From Eledone cirrhosa (lineage: Eukaryota): DNA of 64,000 nt. Positions 9,701-22,577 of this stretch are shown one piece after another. Position 1 is the first letter of the stretch. Each line of letters begins with the position of its first letter. The stretch spans positions 125,736,001 to 125,800,000 of the forward strand of contig OZ024744.1 in assembly GCA_964016885.1 (NCBI GenBank), read 5' to 3'. The notes beneath the pieces were generated by a model. That model did not search any database. It was not told where the DNA came from and saw nothing but the letters and a program-made list of their open reading frames with translations. Position numbers and translations under genes: made by a program.

Positions 9701-12700
9701 CCCAGTTTTAAATCTGATTTCGCCAAAGAATTTTGGCTATCAGATCGGGTTGAAAGGTATGGTTTCAGGTCGATCTGAAAGTCTAAAATGGAATTCACTC
9801 GGTTAGCTAACTTTTGATATATCGGAGATATCTTTCTGAAAATCACACCACACACTCCCAATGAGTGTCTGCACATGTACCAGTAATTACAGATGGATCC
9901 CACCACGGGCGGCCGGCCCACGATCGAAAAGGTTACTCCGAAGCACACCATTCGCCGGCGGAATTCATTTAGCATGGGCAGTTTTTCTCGAAAATCACAC
10001 CACACACAGCCAATGAGTGTCCGCACATGTACCAGTAATTACAGATGGATCCCACCACGGGCGGCTGGCCCACGATCGAAAAGGTTACTCCGCCTGCAAA
10101 CGGTCATTTTCGAATTAGTTTTCTTCGAAGCACACCATTCGCCGGCGGACTTCAGCTTCCTCATTTAGCATGGGCAGTTTTTCTCGAAAATCACACCACA
10201 CACAGCAAATGTGTGTCCGCACATGTACCAGTAATTACAGATCGATTCCGGTGAAAATTCACTGAAAACGGGCCATTCGGCCCTGTGCGTCGATCGTGGG
10301 CCGGCCGGATGTTGACGGATCGATGTGTAATTAGAAGTACATGTGCGGACACTCATTGGCTGTGCGTGGTATGCATTTCAGCAAGATATCTCCGTAACAT
10401 CAAGAGTTATGGCTGTGGAGGCACACCTAGTCAAACGTAAACAAGCTCTGGAGCGTATACGCTTCGCGATTTTGTTTACGTTTGACTAGGTGTGCCTCCA
10501 CAGCCACAACTCTTGATGTTACGGAGATATCTTGCTGAAATGCATACCACGCACAGCCAATGAGTGTCCGCACATGTACTTCTAATTACACATCGATCCG
10601 TCAACATCCGGCCGGCCCACGATCGACGCACAGGGCCGGATGGCCCGTTTTCAGTGAATTTTCACCGGAATCGATCTGTAATTACTGGTACATGTGCGGA
10701 CACACATTTGCTGTGTGTGGTGTGATTTTCACGAAAAACTGCCCATGCTAAATGAGGAAGCTGAAGTCCGCCGGCGAATGGTGTGCTTCGAAGAAAACTA
10801 ATTCGAAAATGACCGTTTGCAGGCGGGGTAACCTTTTCGATCGTGGGCCAGCCGCCCGTGGTGGGATACATCTGTAATTACTGGTACATGTGCGGACACA
10901 CATTTGCTGTGTGTGGTGTGATTTTCGAGAAAGACTGCCCATGCTAAATGAGGAAGCTGAAGTCCGCCGGCGAATGGTGTGCTTCGAAGAAAACTAATTC
11001 GAAAATGACTATTTGCCGGCGGAATCACCTTTTCGGTCCTGGTCCGGCCGGATCTTGCCGGATCGATCGGAAATTTGTGGACCATGTTCGGAAGGCCATT
11101 GTGCATGTGTGGTGAAAAAAATTTGTGTCGAAATCTTCTCGGAAAATAACGGATCGCCGGCGGAGATTGCCATTTCGATCGTGGGCCGGCCCGATCTTGT
11201 CGGATCGATTCGGACATATGTGCATCGTGTTCGCAAGGCCCTTGTCTATGTGTGGTGTGATTTTCATAAAGAAATTCCGAAAAACCCAGTTTTAAATCTG
11301 ATTTCGCCAAAGAATTTTGGCTATCAGATCGGGTTGAAAGGTATGGTTTCAGGTCGATCTGAAAGTCTAAAATGGAATTCACTCGGTTAGCTAACTATTG
11401 ATATATCGGAGATATCTTTCTGAAAATCACACCACACACTCCCAATGAGTGTCTGCACATGTACCAGTAATTACAGATGGATCCCACCACGGGCGGCCGG
11501 CCCACGATCGAAAAGGTTACTCCGAAGCACACCATTCGCCGGCGGAATTCATTTAGCATGGGCAGTTTTTCTCGAAAATCACACCACACACAGCCAATGA
11601 GTGTCCGCACATGTACCAGTAATTACAGATGGATCCCACCACGGGCGGCTGGCCCACGATCGAAAAGGTTACTCCGCCTGCAAACGGTCATTTTCGAATT
11701 AGTTTTCTTCGAAGCACACCATTCGCCGGCGGACTTCAGCTTCCTCATTTAGCATGGGCAGTTTTTCTCGAAAATCACACCACACACAGCAAATGTGTGT
11801 CCGCACATGTACCAGTAATTACAGATCGATTCCGGTGAAAATTCACTGAAAACGGGCCATTCTGCCCAGTGCGTCGATCGTGGGCCGGCCGGATGTTGAC
11901 GGATCGATGTGTAATTAGAAGTACATGTGCGGACACTCATTGGCTGTGCGTGGTATGCATTTCAGCAAGATATCTCCGTAACATCAAGAGTTATGGCTGT
12001 GGAGGCACACCTAGTCAAACGTAAACAAGCTCTGGAGCGTATACGCTTCGCGATTTTGTTTACGTTTGACTAGGTGTGCCTCCACAGCCACAACTCTTGA
12101 TGTTACGGAGATATCTTGCTGAAATGCATACCACGCACAGCCAATGAGTGTCCGCACATGTACTTCTAATTACACATCGATCCGTCAACATCCGGCCGGC
12201 CCACGATCGACGCACAGGGCCGGATGGCCCGTTTTCAGTGAATTTTCACCGGAATCGAACTGTAATTACTGGTACATGTGCGGACACACATTTGCTGTGT
12301 GTGGTGTGATTTTCACGAAAAACTGCCCATGCTAAATGAGGAAGCTGAAGTCCGCCGGCGAATGGTGTGCTTCGAAGAAAACTAATTCGAAAATGACCGT
12401 TTGCAGGCGGAGTAACCTTTTCGATCGTGGGCCAGCCGCCCGTGGTGGGATACATCTGTAATTACTGGTACATGTGCGGACACACATTTGCTGTGTGTGG
12501 TGTGATTTTCGAGAAAGACTGCCCATGCTAAATGAGGAAGCTGAAGTCCGCCGGCGAATGGTGTGCTTCGAAGAAAACTAATTCGAAAATGACTATTTGC
12601 CGGCGGAATCACCTTTTCGGTCCTGGTCCGGCCGGATCTTGCCGGATCGATCGGAAATTTGTGGACCATGTTCGGAAGGCCATTGTGCATGTGTGGTGAA

Positions 12701-13382
12701 AAAAATTTGTGTCGAAATCTTCTCGGAAAATAACGGATCGCCGGCGGAGATTGCCATTTCGATCGTGGGCCGGCCGGATCTTGTCGCATCGATTCGGACA
12801 TATGTGCATCGTGTTCGCAAGGCCCTTGTCTATGTGTGGTGTGATTTTCATAAAGAAATTCCGAAAAACCCAGTTTTAAATCTGATTTCGCCAAAGAATT
12901 TTGGCTATCAGATCGGGTTGAAAGGTATGGTTTCAGGTCGATCTGAAAGTCTAAAATGGAATTCACTCGGTTAGCTAACTATTGATATATCGGAGATATC
13001 TTTCTGAAAATCACACCACACACTCCCAATGAGTGTCTGCACATGTCCCAGTAATTACAGATGGATCCCACCACGGGCGGCCGGCCCACGATCGAAAAGG
13101 TTACTCCGAAGCACACCATTCGCCGGCGGAATTCATTTAGCATGGGCAGTTTTTCTCGAAAATCACACCACACACAGCCAATCAGTGTCCGCACATGTAC
13201 CAGTAATTACAGATGGATCCCACTACGGGCGGCTGGCCCACGATCGAAAAGGTTACTCCGCCTGCAAACGGTCATTTTCGAATTCGTTTTCTTCGAAGCA
13301 CACGATTCGCCGGCGGACTTCAGCTGCCTCATTTAGCATGGGCAGCTTTTCTCGAAAATCACACCACACACAGCCAATGAGT
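6772..13382. repeat. Array of large palindromes, 1584-bp period, with 196-bp subrepeats
   Basis: Mirror ORF pairs give symmetry centres at 7094, 8874, 10458, 12042; a 27-nt loop lies between ..CAAACGTAAACAA and TTGTTTACGTTTG.. Confidence 0.95.
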
Positions 13383-13424
13383 TTAAAATACTCACCGTTT
13401 GATTTGGAAAAACTTAAAATGCTC

Positions 13425-13457
13425 ACATATATATGTGTATGTATTTATCTATGCATG

Positions 13458-13503
<46 letters not shown>

Positions 13504-13981
13504 TGTATTTATCTATGTATTTATCTATATGCATGGATATATATATATATATATATATATTTATCTATGTATTTATCTATATGCATGGATATATATATAT
13601 ATATATATATGTATTTATCTATGCATGTATGAATATATAAAATATATATATATATATATGTGTGTATGTATTTATCTATGCATGTATGAATATATAAAAT
13701 ATATATATATATATATATGTATGTATTTATCTATGCATATATATATATATAAAATATATACATAAATATATATATATATGTATTTATCTATGCATGTGTG
13801 CATACATATATATATATATATGTATTTATCTATACATGTATGTATATATATATATATACATATATAAGTATTTATCTATACATGTATGTATATATATATA
13901 TACATATATATGTATTTATCTATACATGTATGTATATATATATATATATATATGTATATAAGTATTTATCTATACATGTAT

Positions 13982-14014
<33 letters not shown>

Positions 14015-14045
14015 AGTATTTATCTATACATGTATGTATATATAA
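13425..14045. repeat. (TA)n-rich compound microsatellite
   Basis: Direct reading. Confidence 0.9.
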
Positions 14046-14129
14046 AATATTGTCATGTTTACAAAAATATTTTTCTAATATCGTGTTTAATATTTTATAT
14101 TGTCGTCTGCTTCTCTTCTCACGTGGTTA

Positions 14130-14520
14130 CTTACTCTCTCACCCTCTCTCTCTTTCCCCTCTCATACAACCCCTTCTTTCTCTTTCTTTCCCCTCTCACA
14201 CAACCTCTTCTTTCTCTCTCTTTTTGCCAGTCCCTTCTCTCACTCTCTCTCCCTCTTCCTTTTTTATCTCTTTCTTTCTGTCTCTGTTTCCCTCCTATAG
14301 ACATTCTCTCTCTCTCTTTCTGCTCTCACTCAGCCTTCTCTCTCTCTCTCTCTCTTTCCCCTCTCACACAGTCTTCTCTCTCTCTCTTTCCCCTCTCACA
14401 CAGCATTCTCTCTTTCTCTCTCTCTCTTTCCCCTCTCACACAGCATTCTCTCTCTCTCTCTCTCTCTCTTTATTTCCCCTCTCACACAGCCTTCTCTCTC
14501 TATCTATCTATCTCTCTCTC
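14130..14520. repeat. (CT)n-rich low-complexity repeat with recurring TTTCCCCTCTCACACA
   Basis: Direct reading. Confidence 0.85.
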
Positions 14521-14799
14521 TGGAGATTTTTTAACACAAAGTCACACAAGGATTAGAAAAATGGCGATAATCACTTTGAAAGTAACAATTATGCAATAAA
14601 TAGTTGTTATTGCCACGTCTCGTATCCTCCTTTGGCAATGTGTAAAATGTTAGCGAGATCGAGTGAACAATACACAAGTTATAATACTTTACAGACGGGA
14701 CTTATACAGTAGATGTAGCAAAATGCGTAGATTACGATTCTTGAGACGAGATTAAAATATACGATTAGGGGATATTTTAAGAAGACGAGTAGATGTTTG

Positions 14800-15165
14800 A
14801 GTAGATTTAGCTGCTTTTTCTAGCATTTTTAGTTATACTTTGAAGCACATTTTTTTTGTTACTATTATATTAAAAGTTATCTGGTTACGTTATTTGACTG
14901 GTATTTCTAGCATTTTACAAGGACCACGTGTGTGTTTTATTTAAGGAAGATCTAGTTGTTATTTCTGATATTTTCTTCATCAAGTTAGTTGCTATTTCCT
15001 GCATCCTCTTGAAGACAAGAAATAATAATGAATTAGCTGCTGTTTCTAGTAGGTTCTATGGTAGTGATGAGCGTGGGAGGGGGGTTTGACTGCTATTTTT
15101 AGCAGGTTCTAAGGCATTGAGGTTTATGTTTTACGAGAGATTTGGCTGTTATTTCTAACATGTTA
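14800..15165. repeat. Degenerate minisatellite, core GATTTAGCTGCTATTTCTAGCA-like
   Basis: Core recurs about 8 times at irregular 40-60 bp spacing. Confidence 0.55.
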
Positions 15166-15489
15166 TAATGGAGAGAGAGAGAGAGTATAAGATATACAGA
15201 GAGAGGGAGTATAAGATATAGAGAGAGGGGAAACGGCCGATGTTTACGTTGAGAAAACCTAATAAAATGTTATAAATGGGTTTATAAAGAATAGAATGAG
15301 ATAAACAAGACAAAGTTAGATAAAATAAATCAGCTGTAAGGATATTATACGATATATTTATAATATTTTAATATATTTTTCCTGGTCGTCTGCTGCCATT
15401 GATAGAGAGAGGAGTGGTGGGAGGTAGCCATAACAACCGTGGTAGCAGCACTGAGGTTTGTTTTTAAAGAAGTGAATACAAGAAAAACA

Positions 15490-16122
15490 AGCAACTAAGA
15501 ATATTAATCTCTTAAACCCTTCAAGATGTGTATGACAAGAAAGAAGACGTTTTAGAGTCGTATGACATAGATGATAACTGGAAATTCTTACGTGACAACT
15601 TACTGCAGGCTACTGAAGAAACTTGTGGCTGGAGCAGAGCTCCGACCAGACAGAGAGTGACCTGGTGGTGGGACAACACGGTAGATAAGGCCATTAGAGA
15701 CAAAAGACTAGCATGGAACACTTGAAAAAATGGTGGGAGTAGAGACCGATACACAGCTGCTAAGAGAGAAGCTAGACGTCAGATGTACTTAGCACGCACG
15801 GAGGCTGAGAGTAGGAGGTTTGCCAATGTTCTGTGATGGGAAGATCAGAGGCGTGCGGTGTTCCACATTGCAAGGCATGGTGTCAGTGTAAATCAGGATG
15901 TTGTTGGAGATAAGTGTATCCGGAATGATGCCAGTGTACTTGGTGTCACGAATGATCAAAAAAAGGAGGCCTGGAAATATCATTATGAGAGGCTGATGAA
16001 TTGTGGAGAATGAATGGGAGAGAGGGAAACTATCCCCAGTAGACCCAACAGAGGGACCAGCTATTGAGATTGGGAAATATAGGGTACAAGAGGCAATTAA
16101 GGAAATGAAGAATGGCAAGGCT
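15490..16122 (+). mobile_element. Decayed RTE-type LINE fragment (EN-RT linker)
   Basis: EETCGW..RVTWWWD..VDKAIRDKR and AIKEMKNGKA, with stops and frameshifts. Confidence 0.7.
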
Positions 16123-16130
16123 ACATTTAA

Positions 16131-16351
16131 CCCTTTAGCATTTAAACCAGCCATACCTAGCCAGAATACTCTCACATCTTTCTGTTCAAACCAGCCATAA
16201 CTGGCCACTCATACTGACGTTAAGGTATTGTTCTCAATATAAATAATATCAAAATCTCATAGATTCGATATTATATGAGATAATTATGTAAGATAAAGCC
16301 TTTACCACAAAAATACAATAGTATATATAGAGTAATAAAAATGCTAAAGGG
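16131..16351. mobile_element. piggyBac-like MITE
   Basis: TIR CCCTTTAGCATTT / AAATGCTAAAGGG; TTAA on the left, TAAA on the right; copy at 53651-53871. Confidence 0.7.
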
Positions 16352-16819
16352 TAAAAGTAGCTTATTATTTTGTGAGCTCTTGCTACTTATTGCTCTTGTG
16401 CATCAAGAACATACACAGCTTACATTTTGTTGCTAATCTCACTGAGATCCAACTACATCTCTTGTTTATCCATAGTTTGGAATTTCTACCTACTCCTTTC
16501 CTTTAGAATGATCAAGGCCATTTTCTTGTGGGGATCTAGGCCCTGTTTTCCTTTCTATTTTGCCAAGTTATCTTACATCACTTTCATTCTAGACCATGCT
16601 TCCAGGTTTGGAATTTCTCCTCTAATTTTACCACAGATTAAGTGACAAGGGTTCAATCATGTGCATACAGGAGTTCCCATGGACAGCCAGTAATATGTAA
16701 TAGCCTGCAGGATGATAATAAACAGAAGAGGGTTAATTACAGAGCCTTGATAGAGGGTTAATAACAGAGCCCTGATAGACTTGTTCACTCAACTCCTCAC
16801 TATAGCCATCATTACTTTT

Positions 16820-18250
16820 AACCTTACTGACTGCTCCTCCATACATGGCTTTTACTGCTCTCACAAGCCACTCATATACCCCTAGTTTTCTAAGTTATAC
16901 ACCAGATTAGGGAAGGGGGAAGTCTCACAGAAGCTCTCTCTGGGTCAACAAATGCCAAGTAGAGGGGCTTATTTTAGCTAGGTACTACTCTTGCAGTTGC
17001 CACACAAGGAAGAGGACATCAGTGGTACTTTTACCTGGCACAAATCCAAACTTCATCTCATCTAGGTTAACTTGGTCCCTAATCAGCTGTGTTATAAATC
17101 TAACACCTTCATGAAGTGGTCCATCTAATATCTCTATAGTTTTCTAGCTCTAGTACATCTCCTTTGCCCTTGTAGCAGTTGATGATGATGATACTACACC
17201 ATTTATTTGGTATGACACCATTTTGTATTACATGCTGTACGATACCAGTGGTTAAGATGTGACCCACCATCCCAGATACTTTCAGTATCTCAGCAACTAT
17301 CACCAATGGACAAGATACTTTCTCTGTCTTCATATCCTTAATTACCTTACTTCATATCCTTAATTACCTTACTGCTTACTTGTATGGCTGGACCCTCTGT
17401 TGGGCCCACTTTCCGTAGACTATCTTCCTCCCATGCATTCTCCTCATTCAGTAATCTTTCATAAAGGCATTTCCATGTTACAAAGGTTGGCTGAAAAGTT
17501 CATAGACTATCAATGATAGCATGATGCTAGAGCTGTGAAATCTTGCCTGCATTAATTTCAACTCTTCTTATTAATAACTGCATTGTTTCCTTCCAGGGAC
17601 TATGTTGAAAAATAAACCTCATTTGGTCATTCCATGAGTGTATCTTGGTCTGCCTATGAACTTTTCAGCTGACCCTATTCAGCATCAGTGAGCCCAAATG
17701 CCCCATTATCATCCTGGACACACTTTACCCCAACATCACAATTTGCCCTCACACACTGCCTCACAATCCTGAACATCTCATGTATTTCATCCTCACATCA
17801 TAAAACCAACTGAAATTATATATTCTCTGCTTCCCTCCTTGCAAAGAATACTTCTTGCCTAGCTTCCTGTAGTGTACCCTCCAGCTGCCTCCATTCTGCC
17901 ATTATTCCATGCCTGTCTCTTGGCCTTAACTGTCTCATCTACCCTAGTGTTTCACCACCAAGATACTCTCCTCTCTGAAGCCCTGCTCCAGCCACAGATC
18001 TAGTTTGACACCTTCAGCAAAGGTTCTTTAAGGAACTCCCACTGTTCCCCTATATTGTATGTTTCTATTTGTTCTTCCTTACTGTTGTAAAGATCAAACA
18101 AAATATCTCTAAATTTGGAACTGGCTGAGGGGTCCTTTAACTTCCATATCCTTCTCCTCCAAGTTGCCCTCAGTCTTCAAGTTCATCTAAGTCTATGAAA
18201 TCACTAACTACTGGGTTATGTTGGGAGGTGCATTCTTCCCCAGGGGGTGG
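16820..18250 (-). mobile_element. Decayed RTE-type LINE fragment (RT N-terminal half)
   Basis: IPNKWCS..CYKGKGD..NYRDI and a degraded FGF/D.EKAF region; copy at ~54340-55770. Confidence 0.65.
17481..17678. mobile_element. Tc1/mariner-like MITE nested in the LINE fragment
   Basis: TA|CAAAGGTTGGCTGAAAAGTTCATAG ... CTATGAACTTTTCAGCTGACCC inverted ends; copy at 55001-55198. Confidence 0.65.
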
Positions 18251-18390
18251 GGATTGTGTGTTTACAAATGTCAATATCTCATCTTCTGGTGAGGATAAAA
18301 ATCTGACTGGCATGCTCCTCTGACCAATAGGTGTTGAAGTGGTTGTCGGGTAAACGTTAAGACCCTCTGATATACATATATATATATATA

Positions 18391-18450
18391 CTAGCAGTGG
18401 TACCCGGCGTTGCACGGGATAACGTATTTCGGAACGCGGGCCGCCATCTT
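18391..18450 (-). mobile_element. Helitron-type 3' terminus
   Basis: Minus strand reads CCCGTGCAACGCCGGG hairpin, 8 nt, then CTAG|T; copy at 55911. Confidence 0.7.
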
Positions 18451-18739
18451 CCACTTCAGCCGGTCGCCCTAAAGTGTTGGCTATTCAGTCTACTTGAGGC
18501 CAGTTGGTGAGGGGGGGTAAAGCTTTCAGTGTGCTACTACCCTCACGGTCAAATAGAAAGGGAGAGGAAGAAAAGTCAGCGTTAATATCGTGCTACACGT
18601 TTGAAAGGTTGGATGACCTTAGAGTTCACCAGGGTGGGGGGTTCTAAAAGTATCTATCTTGGTATTTTATCTTAGAAGTAATCATTACAGAGTGTACTGG
18701 GTGTATTTTAGTGGGCAGTAATTCCATAAAGAACACAGT

Positions 18740-19500
18740 ATAATCTGTGGACACAAGCCTTGCAGTGTGATTACAGGCAGGTTAATGGGAAAGATAGATT
18801 ATATATGTGACATGATGTACATGAGAAGTGAGGACACAGACCACACATGAAATAGATTCCTACAACTGTCAGGGAGGCTCCCTAGAATTACAGATGACAT
18901 ATTTCAATATCTCGGTGATCAAGTTAGCAGTGGAGGAAGAATCTCTAAAAGTGTAATACCCAGGATAAGGACAGGCTGGAAGAAGTTTAGAGTACTGTTC
19001 CATCTGTTGACAACAAAGGGCTTCTCTCTCAGAATGGAGGCTAGACTGCTTGATACTTATGTGTGGTCTGCAATCTACACCCCAGCCATGCCCCTTCCAC
19101 TACCACTCCTTAGCTATTTCTCTCCATTAATACTCCTCACATTTCAAGCAGTTTTCTCATCTCAATGAAAGAAAAATATTGGGCTCAAGAGAAGTCTTCA
19201 GTTATGCCATGGTGTGGCAACCTCCCTAGGGTTGGGCAGAGTGTAAATGAGAGTGAAATTAGGTATGAGAGGGATCATATGCAGTATACAAGAGAGTAGA
19301 TTACATTGGTATGGTCATGTGATGGGTATAAAGGATGACAGCTGTATAAAAATGTGCTGGGCAATCAAAGTTGATGGAAGTTATGAAGGCGGAAGACCCA
19401 GGATGACCTGGGATGAGGTGATAAAAGATGACTTTGCACAATTGCAACTCTCAAAGACAATGACACAGGATAGAGATCTTGAGATGTATGCAGCAATACA
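18740..19500 (+). mobile_element. Decayed RTE-type LINE 3' fragment
   Basis: FQYLGD, RLHWYGHVM and GRPRMTWDEVIKDD motifs; copy at ~56260-57020. Confidence 0.7.
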
Positions 19501-19599
19501 GAAGGCCTGCTTTCCAATGTGCACGGACTCAAACATACATCTAGTAGGCCCCTCCTAACCACTATACTCCTTTCCAAACTCCCACACTCCCACTTCTGT

Positions 19600-20180
19600 A
19601 CACACCACCTTTAGACTGTAAAGTGGTAGTGTACAAGTCACAACAAAAGCACCCAGTCCACTCTGTAAAGTTGATGTGTTGGTGTCATAACAAAAGGCAC
19701 TCAGTCCACTCTGTAAAGAGGTTGTGTAAGTGTCACAACAAAGACATCTAGTCCACACTGTAAAGTGGTCATGTAGGTGTCACAACAAAAAGTACCAGTC
19801 ATTATTGTAAAGTGGTTGTATAGGTGTCATAACAAAAAGCACCCAGTCGACACTGTAAAGTGGTTGTGTAGGTGTCAGAACCAAAAGCACCCAGTCCACC
19901 CTGTAAAGTGGTTGTGTAGGTGTCATGATAAAAAGCACCCAGTCCACACAGTAAAGTGGTCATGTAGGTGTCACTAAAAAAGCACCCAGTCTACTCTGTA
20001 AAGTGGTCATGTAGGTGTCATGACAAATAGCACCCAGTCCACCCTGTAAAGTGTTCATGTAGGTGTCATGATGGAGAGTAACCAGTCCACAATGTAAAGT
20101 AGCCATGTAGCTGTCACAACAAAGCACCCAGTCCACACTGTAAAGTGGTCATGTAGGTGTCATTTCAAAAAGCACCCAGG
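19600..20180. repeat. 48-bp minisatellite
   Basis: AAAAGCACCCAGTCCACACTGTAAAGTGG..GTAGGTGTCA repeats every 48 bp; the unit 2 copy at ~57125-57895 is 192 bp longer. Confidence 0.9.
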
Positions 20181-20242
20181 TCCATGGCTTGGCCTGCTAA
20201 CCGACGCTATACCCAAGTCGGTCGCCATGCTTTCCAGCATAG

Positions 20243-20370
20243 AGTTACGTCTCTTTATGGTCTGAGTTCAAATCACGCCGAGGTTAACTTTGCCTTTCAT
20301 CCTTACGGGGTCGATAAAATAAAGCACCAGTAATGTACTGGGGTCGATTTAATCGACTTTCCCCTCCTCT
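20243..20370 (+). mobile_element. tRNA-type SINE core (octopod-like family)
   Basis: GAGTTCAAATC B-box, then TTTGCCTTTCATCC..GGGGTCGATAAA..ACCAGT..TACTGGGGTCGAT; relatives at ~31725-31850, ~35335-35495, ~53490-53575 (-), ~57957-58085. Confidence 0.75.
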
Positions 20371-20409
20371 GCCAAATGACACACACATGCATGGTTCGGG
20401 GGAACCTAC

Positions 20410-20471
<62 letters not shown>

Positions 20472-21350
20472 GTAGGTCACTGGTTGAGTCGGTATTAACC
20501 ACAGTAACTAAGGTACTCAATACATATTAGATATAGGTGTCTTTCTAATTGCTGGCCTTGTTCATAAGGTATACACAAGTATGATGTGTGTCTGTTTAAC
20601 TGTACGTGTGAAAACATCGCGAAATTGCGCCTTTTAATATTTGAATATAAACAGTTAAAAAATAATTATTTTAGTAATTTTTAAATATCGATAATGTGTA
20701 TATAAATATTAGAAATCAATTTAATTAGTTCAGTAACATTACTCGGAGTTAAGATAAACCTTCATTTGAAGAAATTCGAGATTTGACCAAATAAATAGAT
20801 TATGTGATCAATAAAAAAAATATGTATACGCGCTGTGACGACGGGTTGCAGACAGTCAGGCATACAGACACATATTTTAAAGCGTGCGACGTTAAAAGTC
20901 TTACTCTCTCTCTTTTTAGATAGATAGACTTAATTAAAGCAGTTTCACTCTCTCTATATTTCATCAGCTCCCTCTCTCTTAAATTGAAAGATTCATTAAG
21001 GCTGAAATAATCTAAACAGTAACATCATTTTTCGCCAGCTCTAGCTTGCGTCCAGAGATATACACACACATATATATATATTTTTTTTGTTATCGAGTTG
21101 AGCTTTGCCAAGCATAGAATTCCAAATTTGACCATCTCCACTGAAAATGTTCGTGAAATAGTCTTTAAGAAGCAATTTAATTTTTTCCAACTGAAACTGT
21201 AAGTATTTTAAAATTTATTTCAACATGGTCTTAAAAGATTGTTGGCTTTTTTTAAATTCATAACTATTTACTATGAAATATAAATTATTAAATCCAATTT
21301 ATTTGATAACCATGATTTGATTTTATAATTACCTGAATCACGTTAACATG

Positions 21351-21393
<43 letters not shown>

Positions 21394-21646
21394 GTGTGTG
21401 TATATATATATATATATAATAATTGTTTCTACGTTACGCAGTGTATTACTGGTACTGTATTTTACGATATTAAATATTAAATATTAACTATTAGATATTA
21501 AATATTAAATATTAGATATTAGATATTAAATATTAAATATGATATCCCTGAAATATATATAATGAAATAAATATGGTTTTATAAATGTAATTTCCATTTG
21601 TTTAATATCAAATATATATATATATATATATATGTATTTATGTATA

Positions 21647-21722
<76 letters not shown>

Positions 21723-21947
21723 GCAGACACAGACACAGAATATCGTATATATCACACACACACAATTAAGACTTGACGTGTTGCAGACAGCCAGACATAC
21801 AGAGAGATATTTTAAAGCGTGCGACCTTAAATGCCTTACTCTTTCTCTTATCAAAAGAGAAAGAGTAATGCTAACACTTACGTCTACTTCACGCTCTCTT
21901 GAACCGTTACAGAAATTGCATCACATCTAATTATAACTTTGTACGTT

Positions 21948-21949
21948 TG

Positions 21950-21983
<34 letters not shown>

Positions 21984-21986
21984 TAC

Positions 21987-22082
<96 letters not shown>

Positions 22083-22115
22083 GTGTGTGTGTGTATATAT
22101 ATACACACACACGTG

Positions 22116-22177
<62 letters not shown>

Positions 22178-22228
22178 AATACACACACACGTGTGTGTGT
22201 ATATATATATATATATACACACACACAC

Positions 22229-22311
<83 letters not shown>

Positions 22312-22401
22312 CACACACACGTGTGTGTGTATATATATATATACACACACACACGTGTGTGTGTATATATTTATATATATATATATACACACGTGTGTGT
22401 G

Positions 22402-22446
<45 letters not shown>

Positions 22447-22450
22447 GTGA

Positions 22451-22481
<31 letters not shown>

Positions 22482-22577
22482 CACGTGTGTGTGTGTATAT
22501 ATATATATATACACACACACGTGTGTATATATATATATATACATATATATATATACACACACACGTGTGTGTGTATA
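21948..22577. repeat. Self-complementary (TA)n(CA)nCG(TG)n compound microsatellite
   Basis: Direct reading; continues at 25703-25975 beyond the LINE. Confidence 0.9.

Noticed and set aside
189-13640. Dozens of 60-400 aa ORFs in the arrays (also 36086-52436)
   Set aside because: Open frames on both strands of tandem repeats, frameshifted by poly-A length variation, with no recognisable domains
13399-14599. YIYI-, HTH- and LSLS-rich ORFs (also 21526-22672, 25580-26096, 59248-60654)
   Set aside because: Translations of microsatellites
20182-20230. Structured RNA or ribozyme (CATGGC..ACCGAC..GTCGGT.GCCATG stem)
   Set aside because: A stem-loop is possible but no catalytic core is recognisable
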